Below are positions 25,259 through 34,146 of a DNA stretch of 64,000 nucleotides, piece after piece. Both the position numbers and the translations under genes were made by a program. The notes below the pieces were generated by a model that saw only the letters and a program-made list of their open reading frames with translations, had not been told where the DNA came from and searched no databases. How positions within the stretch are numbered: the first letter of the stretch is position 1; the number at the start of each line of letters is the position of its first letter. Source of the DNA: a virus (taxonomy: Duplodnaviria > Caudoviricetes); the IMG/VR virus record IMGVR_UViG_3300037312_000330, positions 128,001 to 192,000 of that record; one strand, written 5' to 3'.

Positions 25259-25595
25259 CTGTCCTAAAACGTTGAAAGAACAGTTCGATGAGTTTATCAT
25301 CGAGTTCGATGCACAACGAGCCAAACGTGGTCTGGGGAAGATCTTGCCAACTGGACGTAGACTTCCTCGACCGTCAATCAAGGTCAAAGACTTAAGTCCC
25401 GAAGAACTTGAAGCCAAGTTGGAAGAGTATCGTTCGAAGCTGCATGGTTTCGATCGTCATTACGAACGGTCAGATGACCCATCTGTGTACCGTAGTGGAA
25501 AGAGAGCATTCGATGAGCTGATGTCTCTTAGAGCACTAGTCGACAAGGACTTTGCCATATGGGACGAGTTCTTTGAGGGTAAGAATCGTTTTTAA
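25251..25595 (+). CDS. Hypothetical protein
   Basis: ORF track. Confidence 0.7.
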   Translation: MGDCPKTLKEQFDEFIIEFDAQRAKRGLGKILPTGRRLPRPSIKVKDLSPEELEAKLEEYRSKLHGFDRHYERSDDPSVYRSGKRAFDELMSLRALVDKDFAIWDEFFEGKNRF

Positions 25596-25602
25596 GAGGA
25601 AA

Positions 25603-25857
25603 ATGAATAATATGTCTACGACGAAGAAGACTGTGTACAAACGTGTGCAACGACTTGATCCACTGACTAGCACCGTGTTGAAGGATTACGCGACTGAACA
25701 CTGCCTGACATCGGAACAAGTTCGGAGCGCTGAACACGAGCTGAAGCACCGTCAAGCCAACAAGAACGTCGTCAGTATGACGGCAGCCGAACTATATCCA
25801 CCGCGTGTCAAGAATCGCAGCAAGCGTGGCTGGACCACTCCTATCAAGAAGGGTTGA
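25603..25857 (+). CDS. Hypothetical protein
   Basis: RBS GAGGA before ATG 25603. Confidence 0.65.
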   Translation: MNNMSTTKKTVYKRVQRLDPLTSTVLKDYATEHCLTSEQVRSAEHELKHRQANKNVVSMTAAELYPPRVKNRSKRGWTTPIKKG

Positions 25858-26222
25858 ACATGCCGTGCCTAGGACCTGATACACGTGAGGAAGACTACGC
25901 ACGCTTCAACAGGGAGATCAACTTCCTGTCGCGTGCCCTCTGTGCTACCCTGACTTTCCTCGAATCGAAAGGAGAGTCAGCTACTAAGGAATATCTGAGG
26001 TGGCTTCTCAAGAAGGAGAACTGCGAAGAGCACGCCGTCACAGCAGACGAGATCGTCGACTGGTGGGAGAACCACAAGGCACAGGATCGCGAGAGACGCA
26101 AGCGTCAGGCGGCTGAAGACGAGGAGAAGCGTATCCGATCAGAAGCCCTTTCCAAATTGTCGAACAAGGAACGTGCTGCACTCGGACTACCGCTCCGCAC
26201 CAAAAAGAAAGTGCGACAATGA
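25854..26222 (+). CDS. Hypothetical protein
   Basis: ORF track; coupled. Confidence 0.7.
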   Translation: MNMPCLGPDTREEDYARFNREINFLSRALCATLTFLESKGESATKEYLRWLLKKENCEEHAVTADEIVDWWENHKAQDRERRKRQAAEDEEKRIRSEALSKLSNKERAALGLPLRTKKKVRQ

Positions 26223-26425
26223 AGCTTGTCCAAGCAAAGGTGGAGAAGAAAAGTCCACCTTACACTAAACTACGGGCACAGGAATGTGTCCAACTATCAA
26301 AATCGGAAGCCCGTAAGCTTCTTAAAGAGATCAAGCCGCATATAGCGGGACACGTAGTCGGTGAGTATCCTATTCTTGAGGAACTTGCCCGTTTGGTACA
26401 AGTTGACTTAGGACTAGTCTCATGA
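26219..26425 (+). CDS. Hypothetical protein
   Basis: ATGA coupling. Confidence 0.6.
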   Translation: MKLVQAKVEKKSPPYTKLRAQECVQLSKSEARKLLKEIKPHIAGHVVGEYPILEELARLVQVDLGLVS

Positions 26426-26521
26426 AAAACAGTGACCATGAAGGACGTACAAGAGTACCTCAAGAACAATTCGCCAAGTTGGTGCAGATGACCAATGAGG
26501 CACACGGAAGGAAGGTCTGAC

Positions 26522-26809
26522 GTGGCAGACTTCTGCAGACAATGTAGTCTAGTGCTGTTTGGCAGAGACCTTAAGGAGCTTGCGAACACTGGATGCACTG
26601 CCAAGCTCAATGACAAGAACGAGTACGATGTCCGACCTGACTGGAAGGAAGGTGAGGAGGGCAAGTATCTGGGCACCTTCACCTGCGTCTTGTGTGAAGG
26701 TTGTGGTCCAATCCAAGTCGACGCGGATGGCAACTGTGTGTCTGAGGATTGCATTGGCGATCACAGGACGTTCGTCGACTTCGAAATCAACAACGTGTCA
26801 ATTTCGTGA
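26522..26809 (+). CDS. Cys-rich hypothetical protein
   Basis: GTG start after GGAAGG; ADFCRQCS...CVLCEGCG...CVSEDC. Confidence 0.65.
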   Translation: MADFCRQCSLVLFGRDLKELANTGCTAKLNDKNEYDVRPDWKEGEEGKYLGTFTCVLCEGCGPIQVDADGNCVSEDCIGDHRTFVDFEINNVSIS

Positions 26810-26819
26810 AGGAAAGCGA

Positions 26820-27122
26820 ATGAGCAACTTTATCCCGGTTCTGAATCCAATCGAGAAGTTCGAAGCTCACGTTCACTCAGATGATAGAATGTGCTTCAGC
26901 TTCCCGGAACGACGCAACGGTTCTTGGAGCAAACAACAGCTACTTAAAATCGATGGTCACTGCTACGCTGCGGCCTACTACAACTACACATGGTCTTGGT
27001 ATATCTTCGATGTTGAATCCGGAGCAGAGGCCTTTGATCACGTATCTCCGAAGATCTTCGAGCGCCATTTTGCGCATCGCAAGATCGCTGATCTTAAGGA
27101 AGCTGCGCCTGGAGAGTGCTGA
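26820..27122 (+). CDS. Hypothetical protein
   Basis: RBS AAGGA; MSNFIPVLNP. Confidence 0.65.
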   Translation: MSNFIPVLNPIEKFEAHVHSDDRMCFSFPERRNGSWSKQQLLKIDGHCYAAAYYNYTWSWYIFDVESGAEAFDHVSPKIFERHFAHRKIADLKEAAPGEC

Positions 27123-27126
27123 ACAC

Positions 27127-27318
27127 ATGAAACTTGCATCTAACCTAAAACCTAAGTACTGCGAGACATTCATTCATCTACTCGCAGTAAACGTGGACAA
27201 CAAAGAGATCGATGAGAAACAGTTTCGACAATTCGTGCGAAACAGTTTGGAGATCTTTGAACAAGGGGAAGTCGGTGCCGCGCCAATCACCAGAGAAACT
27301 CGTCATTCCAGCCCCTAA
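27127..27318 (+). CDS. Hypothetical protein
   Basis: MKLASNLKPKYCETF... Confidence 0.55.
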   Translation: MKLASNLKPKYCETFIHLLAVNVDNKEIDEKQFRQFVRNSLEIFEQGEVGAAPITRETRHSSP

Positions 27319-27427
27319 GAAGCGACATAAGGAACTCTTCTCAGGTGCGTTCAAACCAAAGGTGGGACCTTCCGACAAGAAGGTCTTCAAGCGAAAACCA
27401 AAGCATCAAGGAAAGGAGGGACAATGA
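27275..27427 (+). CDS. Small basic protein, ArfA-like motif
   Basis: ELFSGAFKPKVGPSDKKVFKRKPKH; start uncertain. Confidence 0.45.
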   Translation: MPRQSPEKLVIPAPKKRHKELFSGAFKPKVGPSDKKVFKRKPKHQGKEGQ

Positions 27428-27663
27428 TCGTATGTCCAAGCTGTAAGTACACGCACGGTTCCGGATTCACTGGTGGTACAAACGGTGAATGGAAACAGAT
27501 CAACGGACGTCACGGTGAATTTTATAAACTCCCGGTTAAGATGGAGCAAGACGATTACGGATCACCTAATAGGACGGACATCTTAGGATGTCCAAATTGT
27601 GGTCAGATGTTCATGGAAGGGCGTTGGCCCAATGAGAAGCAATCTCAACAACCGGAATCCTGA
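27424..27663 (+). CDS. Small Zn-ribbon-like protein
   Basis: CPSC ... CPNC; RBS GGAGG. Confidence 0.65.
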   Translation: MIVCPSCKYTHGSGFTGGTNGEWKQINGRHGEFYKLPVKMEQDDYGSPNRTDILGCPNCGQMFMEGRWPNEKQSQQPES

Positions 27664-27682
27664 TCAGATCAAGGACAAAAAG

Positions 27683-27734
27683 AAAAGCCCCACTCAGCTC
27701 TTCCGCAAACACGCGGAGGCCGGGTGGGGCTTTT
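27683..27734. terminator. Bidirectional terminator between convergent operons
   Basis: AAAAGCCCCAC...GTGGGGCTTTT with inner TCCGC/GCGGA stem. Confidence 0.85.
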
Positions 27735-27757
27735 GACGTTTTGGAACCAGATTTCTA

Positions 27758-28492
27758 TCAGGCCGCAGCGACTGCTTTCTTCTTTGCTGCAAGTACCTTC
27801 TTCAGATACGCGATGATCTTTGGCTTATCCTCGTATTGCTTGCTGAGGAACGCCAGATCTACGCGCTTAAGGCTGCTTCCCAGTCGTTTGATGTCAGCCA
27901 GAATTTGCGTGTCCGTCTTCTCATCTCTAGATGCAGCCGCAACAAGATTCTGCACCTTGATGCTAGGACTACGCTTCGACGTATCTTCCTTAACTTTGGC
28001 CTTCTGTTCAGACTTCTTCTTGGCAGCTACCTTGCCCTTCTCTGTAGATATCTCGAAGAATTCTTCATCATCGTCTTCACCGACTCCAGAATTGGTTTCC
28101 TCTACGATGCCGGCCTTCTTCAGAGCCATCTTGGCCTTCTGTTCATCGTTCCTGAGTCGCACTTGTTCTTCCTTAGCCTCTTCTGTGGAAAGGAGAACTG
28201 CCGCGTACTCTGGAGTGATCAGCCTAAGGAACTTCTTACCAATAGTCTGTCGGAAGTCGGAACTATCCAGTAGTTGGCTGCGAGTTACTTGCAGCGTCAG
28301 ATCGAAAGGAATGAACGATCTCGGGATTCTGATCACATCCGAACCGTTTCCGTTCTTCTTTGCGATGCTTACCACCACTTTGCCCTCCAGAGCATCGCGA
28401 GTGTTATTCAGCACCCATACTGGACCCTTTTCCGATTGTTCCAGTTCTTCGATTGTCGTGTATTTGCGTCCACGAGAGATTTCAGTCGCCAT
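27758..28492 (-). CDS. Hypothetical protein
   Basis: 244-aa ORF ending at the bidirectional terminator. Confidence 0.8.
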   Translation of the reverse strand: MATEISRGRKYTTIEELEQSEKGPVWVLNNTRDALEGKVVVSIAKKNGNGSDVIRIPRSFIPFDLTLQVTRSQLLDSSDFRQTIGKKFLRLITPEYAAVLLSTEEAKEEQVRLRNDEQKAKMALKKAGIVEETNSGVGEDDDEEFFEISTEKGKVAAKKKSEQKAKVKEDTSKRSPSIKVQNLVAAASRDEKTDTQILADIKRLGSSLKRVDLAFLSKQYEDKPKIIAYLKKVLAAKKKAVAAA

Positions 28493-28548
28493 AGATTTTC
28501 CTAGCTGTGTTTATGGGGTTGACGCCCGTGCCGTCCGTGACCGTTGTT

Positions 28549-29007
28549 CTACAGCTTGATCGTTGCCAACTGTTCTTTGATATCAGTTAGCGTAAATGCT
28601 GAACCCGTCCTTGAAGCCCATCCGGAATATCGGTTTTCTGACCAGAATTCTGTCTGCTGATTGTCGGTCAATCCGAACACCTTCCGAAGAACCTTACTTA
28701 CGTGGCTGTCGATTCCATTTACAGTTCCAGCCTCAGTCTTGTACCTCATACGTAGGGCTGGGAACGACGATTTCACGAAATCCGCGTACCTGTCAACGGC
28801 TAGACCAATTTTAATGGCGCGCACACTTTGATTTATTGCTGTCTTTACTTTGTAGACCTTTTCACCTTTGAGTTCGGCAATAGTTCTCGGCTCTACATTG
28901 TCTTCTGTCAGTTCGGTAAATCCACATCCACCAGTCGCTGTCTTGTATTGGCACTTGGCTGGACACACGCTTACCGTTAGCTCGGCTTGAATCATGTGGC
29001 AGAACAT
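28549..29007 (-). CDS. Hypothetical protein
   Basis: In - strand operon; N-terminal Cys cluster. Confidence 0.7.
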   Translation of the reverse strand: MFCHMIQAELTVSVCPAKCQYKTATGGCGFTELTEDNVEPRTIAELKGEKVYKVKTAINQSVRAIKIGLAVDRYADFVKSSFPALRMRYKTEAGTVNGIDSHVSKVLRKVFGLTDNQQTEFWSENRYSGWASRTGSAFTLTDIKEQLATIKL

Positions 29008-29008
29008 A

Positions 29009-29605
29009 CTATCTCTTTGTCTTCCTATTGACTAGTTTTGTTTTTGATGTCTTCTCGATCTGATCCACGATTCTGATCAGATCACGTTTACGCATTGTGC
29101 CGAAATCTTTCTCTGCGAACGCCTGATGGATAGCCCACACACCGATCAGGCTTGCGTCCAGTTGGTGTGGAGCTGTCTTGCAGATCTTGTATTCCTTATC
29201 CAGCTCCCACCCCTGACGCCGTACAGCGTTCTTCCACACCGCAGCCGGGATGTAACGATCCGGCATACATAGCGACTGAAGGAGACCTAACATCATGTTC
29301 ACAGACTCAATAGTCGGACCCTTGATTCCGCGCGTCATATACCGCTCGGCAAACAGTCCGCTAATTTCCCACTTTTTGACAGTGCTATACACCCAATCCA
29401 GATACAGGTCGCGTTGTTTCTGGCGGATTTTGTGGTCCTTCAGATTGTTCATTGGACACGGGCACAGACCATTTTCCAATATCCGGACACCGATCTTGTT
29501 GCCGTTCTTCTTACCCTCGACAATCGCATAACCGTAATTGCGCGACCCCGGATCATGTGCGAAGATCCGCAGGACACCGCGCTGTGCCGGATGTTTGGTT
29601 TTCAT
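29009..29605 (-). CDS. ruvC: RuvC-like Holliday junction resolvase
   Basis: IFAHDPGSRNYGYAIV, LFAERY, HQLDAS acidic triad. Confidence 0.75.
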   Translation of the reverse strand: MKTKHPAQRGVLRIFAHDPGSRNYGYAIVEGKKNGNKIGVRILENGLCPCPMNNLKDHKIRQKQRDLYLDWVYSTVKKWEISGLFAERYMTRGIKGPTIESVNMMLGLLQSLCMPDRYIPAAVWKNAVRRQGWELDKEYKICKTAPHQLDASLIGVWAIHQAFAEKDFGTMRKRDLIRIVDQIEKTSKTKLVNRKTKR

Positions 29606-29640
29606 GATATACTTTACACGCCATGAAGGCGTCCCTTTCC

Positions 29641-29680
29641 TAATTTGATGCAGTCGCAGCGTGATCGCTGCATCAAATTA
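29641..29680. repeat. Perfect 13-bp inverted repeat in the divergent intergenic region
   Basis: TAATTTGATGCAG (29641-29653) / CTGCATCAAATTA (29668-29680). Confidence 0.9.
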
Positions 29681-29693
29681 CTCGAGTTCTCAA

Positions 29694-30032
29694 ATGTCTA
29701 TACGCAACAGAATAGTAGCGATGTCACTGTCGTGGGCCGACACACTAAGCATGGTCACCAAGATCATGAAGGCCATCGACGAGACGAACCCACGAATGGT
29801 AAAGCACAATTTACTGGATGGTGCCCATGTGTACATCTTGCAGGCAGATCCGTTCAAGAAGAACTACGTCAGGGACACACTACTCGCTTATGGTATGCAT
29901 AGCGGCAGCAAGGCGGTGCGTGACAGGGAGACGCTCTTTCAGGTGAATCCTGCGGACAAGGAGCAAAGCCTGATCTTGACGTATTACAATCTGACCGGAC
30001 GTATCGAACTCTCTATCGTGACAGGTGCATAA
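29694..30032 (+). CDS. Hypothetical protein with shared N-terminal tag (MSIRNRIVA)
   Basis: RBS GAG; first gene of the probable virion cluster. Confidence 0.7.
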   Translation: MSIRNRIVAMSLSWADTLSMVTKIMKAIDETNPRMVKHNLLDGAHVYILQADPFKKNYVRDTLLAYGMHSGSKAVRDRETLFQVNPADKEQSLILTYYNLTGRIELSIVTGA

Positions 30033-31295
30033 ATGCCATTCAAGCGCAGTTCCAATAACAGAATTCTACCGGCGAACAGTCGCAGTGTTGACGTAGCGAA
30101 GGCGATGTTGGACCGTGTGGTGCCTGTCCAGCAGCGTCGTTATGCGAATGCGTTTGAGGTCAATGGTTACGAAACGCTGCTGTATCAGAAGCTTCGACAT
30201 GGAGTTCCATGCAGTTGTCAGAATCATCGCGGAGCGGCCGCTACGATCCTAGATGAGAGTGGAAAGCTCCGTCCTGGACACATGGATGAACTGTTGACCG
30301 GTGGACTAAGCTTCCGCGTTCAACCATATGGAACTCGCGAGCCGATGCGTGGCGATCTGCGTGCCATCCGTGGTGCAGGACCAGCCGCTCACGAAGAGCA
30401 GATGTTCGACGGCGCCGAAGACGGTGTGCCGTTGGACGACTACGAGATCGAAGACGACTTTGAGAATCCGAACACTACGATCACACATGCTGATGATGGT
30501 GACGTAACAGACAATCAAGACAACGACAATGAGTTGGATGATGAGTCTGAGATCTTCGATGCTGAAGATTATGTCAACGATACCAAGTGCTGCATTTGTT
30601 TCGGGACCGGATGGGTCGGTGGATACAGTCTACTGAACGGTCTTAGAATGGTTCTAAGCACTCAGTGGGGTCCAAACAAACTGAGTATTGATGGAACGAT
30701 AGAAACAAAGCGTTCACCACATGCCTTCATGGCTACTCGCGTCGATTTCACTGCCGTCCTGCCGAAAGGTGTGGTAGGTGTTGATACGTTCCGCATTTGG
30801 AACAACGATCGGCAGACCTTCCCTAGCCAACTGTTGATAGATAACTTGCCATATTCTGTTGGTTTGCTACATGCGTTCTGCGACGGTAGGGAACACACCA
30901 TCAGCGTGCTACATGATCAACTTACATACTGGACGCATGCGGAACTACAGTTCAATCTGAGCACTCAGCGTGCGTTGTTCGAACTGCCGCGGAAAACCGA
31001 CGGGTCGAACATGCAACTTACGGAAGCAGCCGAAGACATGCAGATCAACGTGAGCCCACAAGTGCCGAACATCGAACGCGAGGACATCCTGGTTGAATGC
31101 ACGTTGGGCAAAGGTATGGTTGTTCAATCGGCTACCGACTGGAAGACAGCCAAGCGCGACATCCTAGGATGGGACGTCAACGTGCGTGTCCTGCAACCGA
31201 ACGAGATCGTGAACATGCTGCCTCGGCGCAGGTCCACACATCAGAAGTCCACATATATGGTAAGGGACAACATGGACGGAAGTAGGAGAGTCTGA
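30033..31295 (+). CDS. Hypothetical (probable virion) protein
   Basis: 420 aa; CSC and CCIC motifs; acidic insert. Confidence 0.75.
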   Translation: MPFKRSSNNRILPANSRSVDVAKAMLDRVVPVQQRRYANAFEVNGYETLLYQKLRHGVPCSCQNHRGAAATILDESGKLRPGHMDELLTGGLSFRVQPYGTREPMRGDLRAIRGAGPAAHEEQMFDGAEDGVPLDDYEIEDDFENPNTTITHADDGDVTDNQDNDNELDDESEIFDAEDYVNDTKCCICFGTGWVGGYSLLNGLRMVLSTQWGPNKLSIDGTIETKRSPHAFMATRVDFTAVLPKGVVGVDTFRIWNNDRQTFPSQLLIDNLPYSVGLLHAFCDGREHTISVLHDQLTYWTHAELQFNLSTQRALFELPRKTDGSNMQLTEAAEDMQINVSPQVPNIEREDILVECTLGKGMVVQSATDWKTAKRDILGWDVNVRVLQPNEIVNMLPRRRSTHQKSTYMVRDNMDGSRRV

Positions 31296-31870
31296 TGGTA
31301 GATCCAAAGAAAATCGGCAAATTGATCAGAATCTGGACCACTGATTCAATATATCGTTCTGCTCCAAGAACACGGCTGCTCAAGAAAAAAGTGGCGGTTC
31401 TGTTAAGTAAGGTGCCTGGACAAAAGTTCCCAAATATTGGCTTTCGACTGCTAGAGATAGACGTATCTCGTCTCAAACATTGGACAGATCTTGTCAGAAT
31501 GTTGGATGACAGCTACCCAGAATCTTTCTCGGGGTCGTTGACTGGTCTCAAGAATTACGAGCGGAATGCTAGCGGTGGACACGTGGATATAGGCAAGGCA
31601 GGTTTCCTGGCTTTCCAAATAGAAATGAAATCCAGTGATTGGCTCTTCAGTTTACGTAGTCTCTACGCACAGTTGCCAAGAGAAGAACGTGAGATTGAAG
31701 ACGATGCGGGATTCACGATAAAAGAATATCTGGAGCAAGACGAGGTCGTTGCACGACCAGGAACTCTAAGACGCAGTCTACGAGAGGGTCGCGCTAGTCT
31801 GATAGGGGCAGCCGCCCCACATTCAAAAATGACATGGTACGCAACGCCTAAGAGAATTAGGAAGATGTGA
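31295..31870 (+). CDS. Possible ADP-ribosyltransferase-fold protein
   Basis: GFRLL / ESFSGS / EQDEVVARPG in R-S-E order. Confidence 0.4.
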   Translation: MVDPKKIGKLIRIWTTDSIYRSAPRTRLLKKKVAVLLSKVPGQKFPNIGFRLLEIDVSRLKHWTDLVRMLDDSYPESFSGSLTGLKNYERNASGGHVDIGKAGFLAFQIEMKSSDWLFSLRSLYAQLPREEREIEDDAGFTIKEYLEQDEVVARPGTLRRSLREGRASLIGAAAPHSKMTWYATPKRIRKM

Positions 31871-32595
31871 TGACAATCAACAAGCGAGCACAGACATTCG
31901 ATCTATCGCAGGTGCGGCTTCAGCCGCACGGCAAGACGTCATACGACATCTTTGTAGGTAAGGAGGAAGTTGGCGGTATCGACTTCACTGTCGATTTAAA
32001 GATCACGAAATATGACTTCGTGTCCACGCTCTTCGAGGGCAATCCGTTCATCAAGAAGTTGATGGAACCTGTCCCAGAGAACTACCGCTTCAACTATTAC
32101 TATCTGGATGAGATCATCCTGTGGACACCGTATCGTGGTTCCGGTATTGGCGGAGTCGCACTGCAGAAATGGTTCTCCACGTTGAAGGCGCCTGCAGTCG
32201 TTGCGCTGTCACCAGCCAGAATCGGTAATGTTCCGTATACAGCTTTGCTCCGTTTCTACAAACGGAACGGGATGAGACTGTTCAAATTTCAAGGTGATTA
32301 CATGGCAATCACATTTATCAAACACCCAGACATGGCATCGTTCGTGGGTGACGAAGAAGCGGATACAGCCAACAATGGTGGGACACCGTTCTTCGACGAC
32401 AAATCAGCAGCCGATCGCTACAACCTGAACAAGACCAATGTGACAGCGGATAAAGATTTTCGATCCACAAACCACAGTGTACAGCCGGGATCGGTTCGCT
32501 ATCTGACATTTAAAGATTTGCGTGCCCACGCAGTCTCAGCAAATATCCGACGCATGGGACGCGTTCTTTCCTTCATAAAGGGTCAGAAGGAATGA
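31867..32595 (+). CDS. GNAT-family acetyltransferase with C-terminal extension
   Basis: LDEIILWTPYRGSGIGGVAL (motif A), LLRFYKRNGM (motif B). Confidence 0.7.
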   Translation: MMTINKRAQTFDLSQVRLQPHGKTSYDIFVGKEEVGGIDFTVDLKITKYDFVSTLFEGNPFIKKLMEPVPENYRFNYYYLDEIILWTPYRGSGIGGVALQKWFSTLKAPAVVALSPARIGNVPYTALLRFYKRNGMRLFKFQGDYMAITFIKHPDMASFVGDEEADTANNGGTPFFDDKSAADRYNLNKTNVTADKDFRSTNHSVQPGSVRYLTFKDLRAHAVSANIRRMGRVLSFIKGQKE

Positions 32596-32605
32596 TTAGT
32601 TTGAT
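32596..32605 (+). promoter_or_regulatory. TTAGTTTGAT motif
   Basis: 44 nt before the 32649 gene; same motif as the nrd leaders. Confidence 0.4.
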
Positions 32606-32648
32606 TCCATATATTGGCCCACACAGTTGGGCCTGTTGAGGATAATCT

Positions 32649-33896
32649 ATGGCAATCAAACGATTGTTTGGTGTTACAGAGATCGCGAGCACGCAGTTCC
32701 GGTCTCTTTCTGATGCGGAACGGCACCTGAAGAAAATTCAGGAAGAGATCAAGGATGCCGCCGCGATGTTGCGTAACTATGAAGCTCAATTCGCACGCGT
32801 GGAGCGCCATCCTGTCATGGCAGCCGATCTCACATTCATTATCAATAGCGGTGACGACAACAAAAAGAAGAGTGGAAAGATCGTCAGCGACCGCATCGAC
32901 AAGATTGTAATTCCAAAGCTCGATACTCTTAAGAAGAACTTCGACGTAGTGGATGCCATTTCCGAGAAGATAAAAGAACTCGAGGGAATGGAAGCGAATG
33001 TTGCTGTCAACATGAAGGGAATGCGTGGTCAACCAGAACTGCTGAAAGCCATCAAGAGCACAAAGGCAGCGGCTGACGCGCAAATGAAAGCGGCGCTTGA
33101 ATATCTTGAAACGGTGGGACAGAAGTATGCCCCAACTCCGTTCAAGGAATTCCTTAAGGCCGTAAGCGCCAAACTAAACCAAGATCTCGAGTTCGACAAG
33201 TCGATCATCAGTGTGTACGCGTGGACAGCTCCTACAGAGGAGAACACGTTCACGGTGTATATCCATCTGAAAAACTTCAAAGACGACAACGGCGACATCT
33301 ATCCAGACTTCTACATTGTCTTCACTTGTGTTCTGGCTCCGATCAGCGGAGACAAGCATCAACTGAGCATCGAATACTATGTGACAGTGATGCACGATTT
33401 TGAATCTCCTGGCAAGTTCCACCAAGGACGTCGTGTCTACAACGTCAAAGAGGCGATGGTCGAAATCGGTCACCTGCTGTCCATGGAGAACATCAGTCAC
33501 TCGATCGGTACGCTGCCACACGGTCTGTATCGTCGTGATGAAGAGTTCAAGAACGCGATGAAACAGGGTGCCGGAGCCCGTGTCGACAAGGTGGAGATCG
33601 ATCCATCGTCGTTGACATTCTGGTTCTTCAAGAACGTAAAGCAAGCGGAAGCGCAGAAGCTGATGTCTAGTATGTACGTGGACGTCAAGGCTCTAATGTC
33701 GCATATCCGTGGTGCCAGTCTGAAGATGCGGCAGGTGGAAGAAGACGGCAGACTTGGTGTCAAGTTCAGCCTAATCAATCTGGCTAAGGAAGGTCAGTTG
33801 AATGTCCAAGATCTGGATTGGCTGAAGAGCACATTCAGCCTGCGTGACGATCAAGTACGTGACATCGTTAAGGTCATCAACAAATCGTCGAGGTAA
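32649..33896 (+). CDS. Hypothetical (probable virion) protein
   Basis: 415 aa, coiled-coil N-terminal half. Confidence 0.8.
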   Translation: MAIKRLFGVTEIASTQFRSLSDAERHLKKIQEEIKDAAAMLRNYEAQFARVERHPVMAADLTFIINSGDDNKKKSGKIVSDRIDKIVIPKLDTLKKNFDVVDAISEKIKELEGMEANVAVNMKGMRGQPELLKAIKSTKAAADAQMKAALEYLETVGQKYAPTPFKEFLKAVSAKLNQDLEFDKSIISVYAWTAPTEENTFTVYIHLKNFKDDNGDIYPDFYIVFTCVLAPISGDKHQLSIEYYVTVMHDFESPGKFHQGRRVYNVKEAMVEIGHLLSMENISHSIGTLPHGLYRRDEEFKNAMKQGAGARVDKVEIDPSSLTFWFFKNVKQAEAQKLMSSMYVDVKALMSHIRGASLKMRQVEEDGRLGVKFSLINLAKEGQLNVQDLDWLKSTFSLRDDQVRDIVKVINKSSR

Positions 33897-33899
33897 GAT

Positions 33900-34145
33900 A
33901 TGCCCATCAAACATCGAGTGCAGGCTTTCGCGCCAAGTCCCGGATACGGTGGCGGTGGCGGAGAACCTTTCCACAAAGGACAGAAGGCTCGTGTACCTGA
34001 CATCGGAAAACTGAAGGGCGACACAGTAACAGTGGACTCCGAGTTGCAACCACCGGACAGACAGAACCCAGACGGTTGGTATTGGGTGAAGTTCAAGAAG
34101 GGTGGTCGTGTTAAGATGAAGGCGGGCGATCTGCGTCCGATCTAA
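33900..34145 (+). CDS. Small SH3/KOW-like protein with shared N-terminal tag (MPIKHRVQA)
   Basis: FHKGQKARV...WYWVKF...KMKAGDLRPI. Confidence 0.7.
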   Translation: MPIKHRVQAFAPSPGYGGGGGEPFHKGQKARVPDIGKLKGDTVTVDSELQPPDRQNPDGWYWVKFKKGGRVKMKAGDLRPI

Positions 34146-34146
34146 C

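Noticed and set aside
3872-26491. In-frame stops joining adjacent ORFs (TGA/TAG 3872-3883, TAG 20359, TGA 26489) as a sign of stop-codon reassignment
   Set aside because: All conserved genes are intact under the standard code and use TAA, TGA and TAG as ends; downstream ORFs have their own RBS
32592-32639. Mini-ORF MISLIPYIGPHSWAC as a leader peptide
   Set aside because: Better explained as the intergenic TTAGTTTGAT motif plus a small GGCCCA/TGGGCC hairpin
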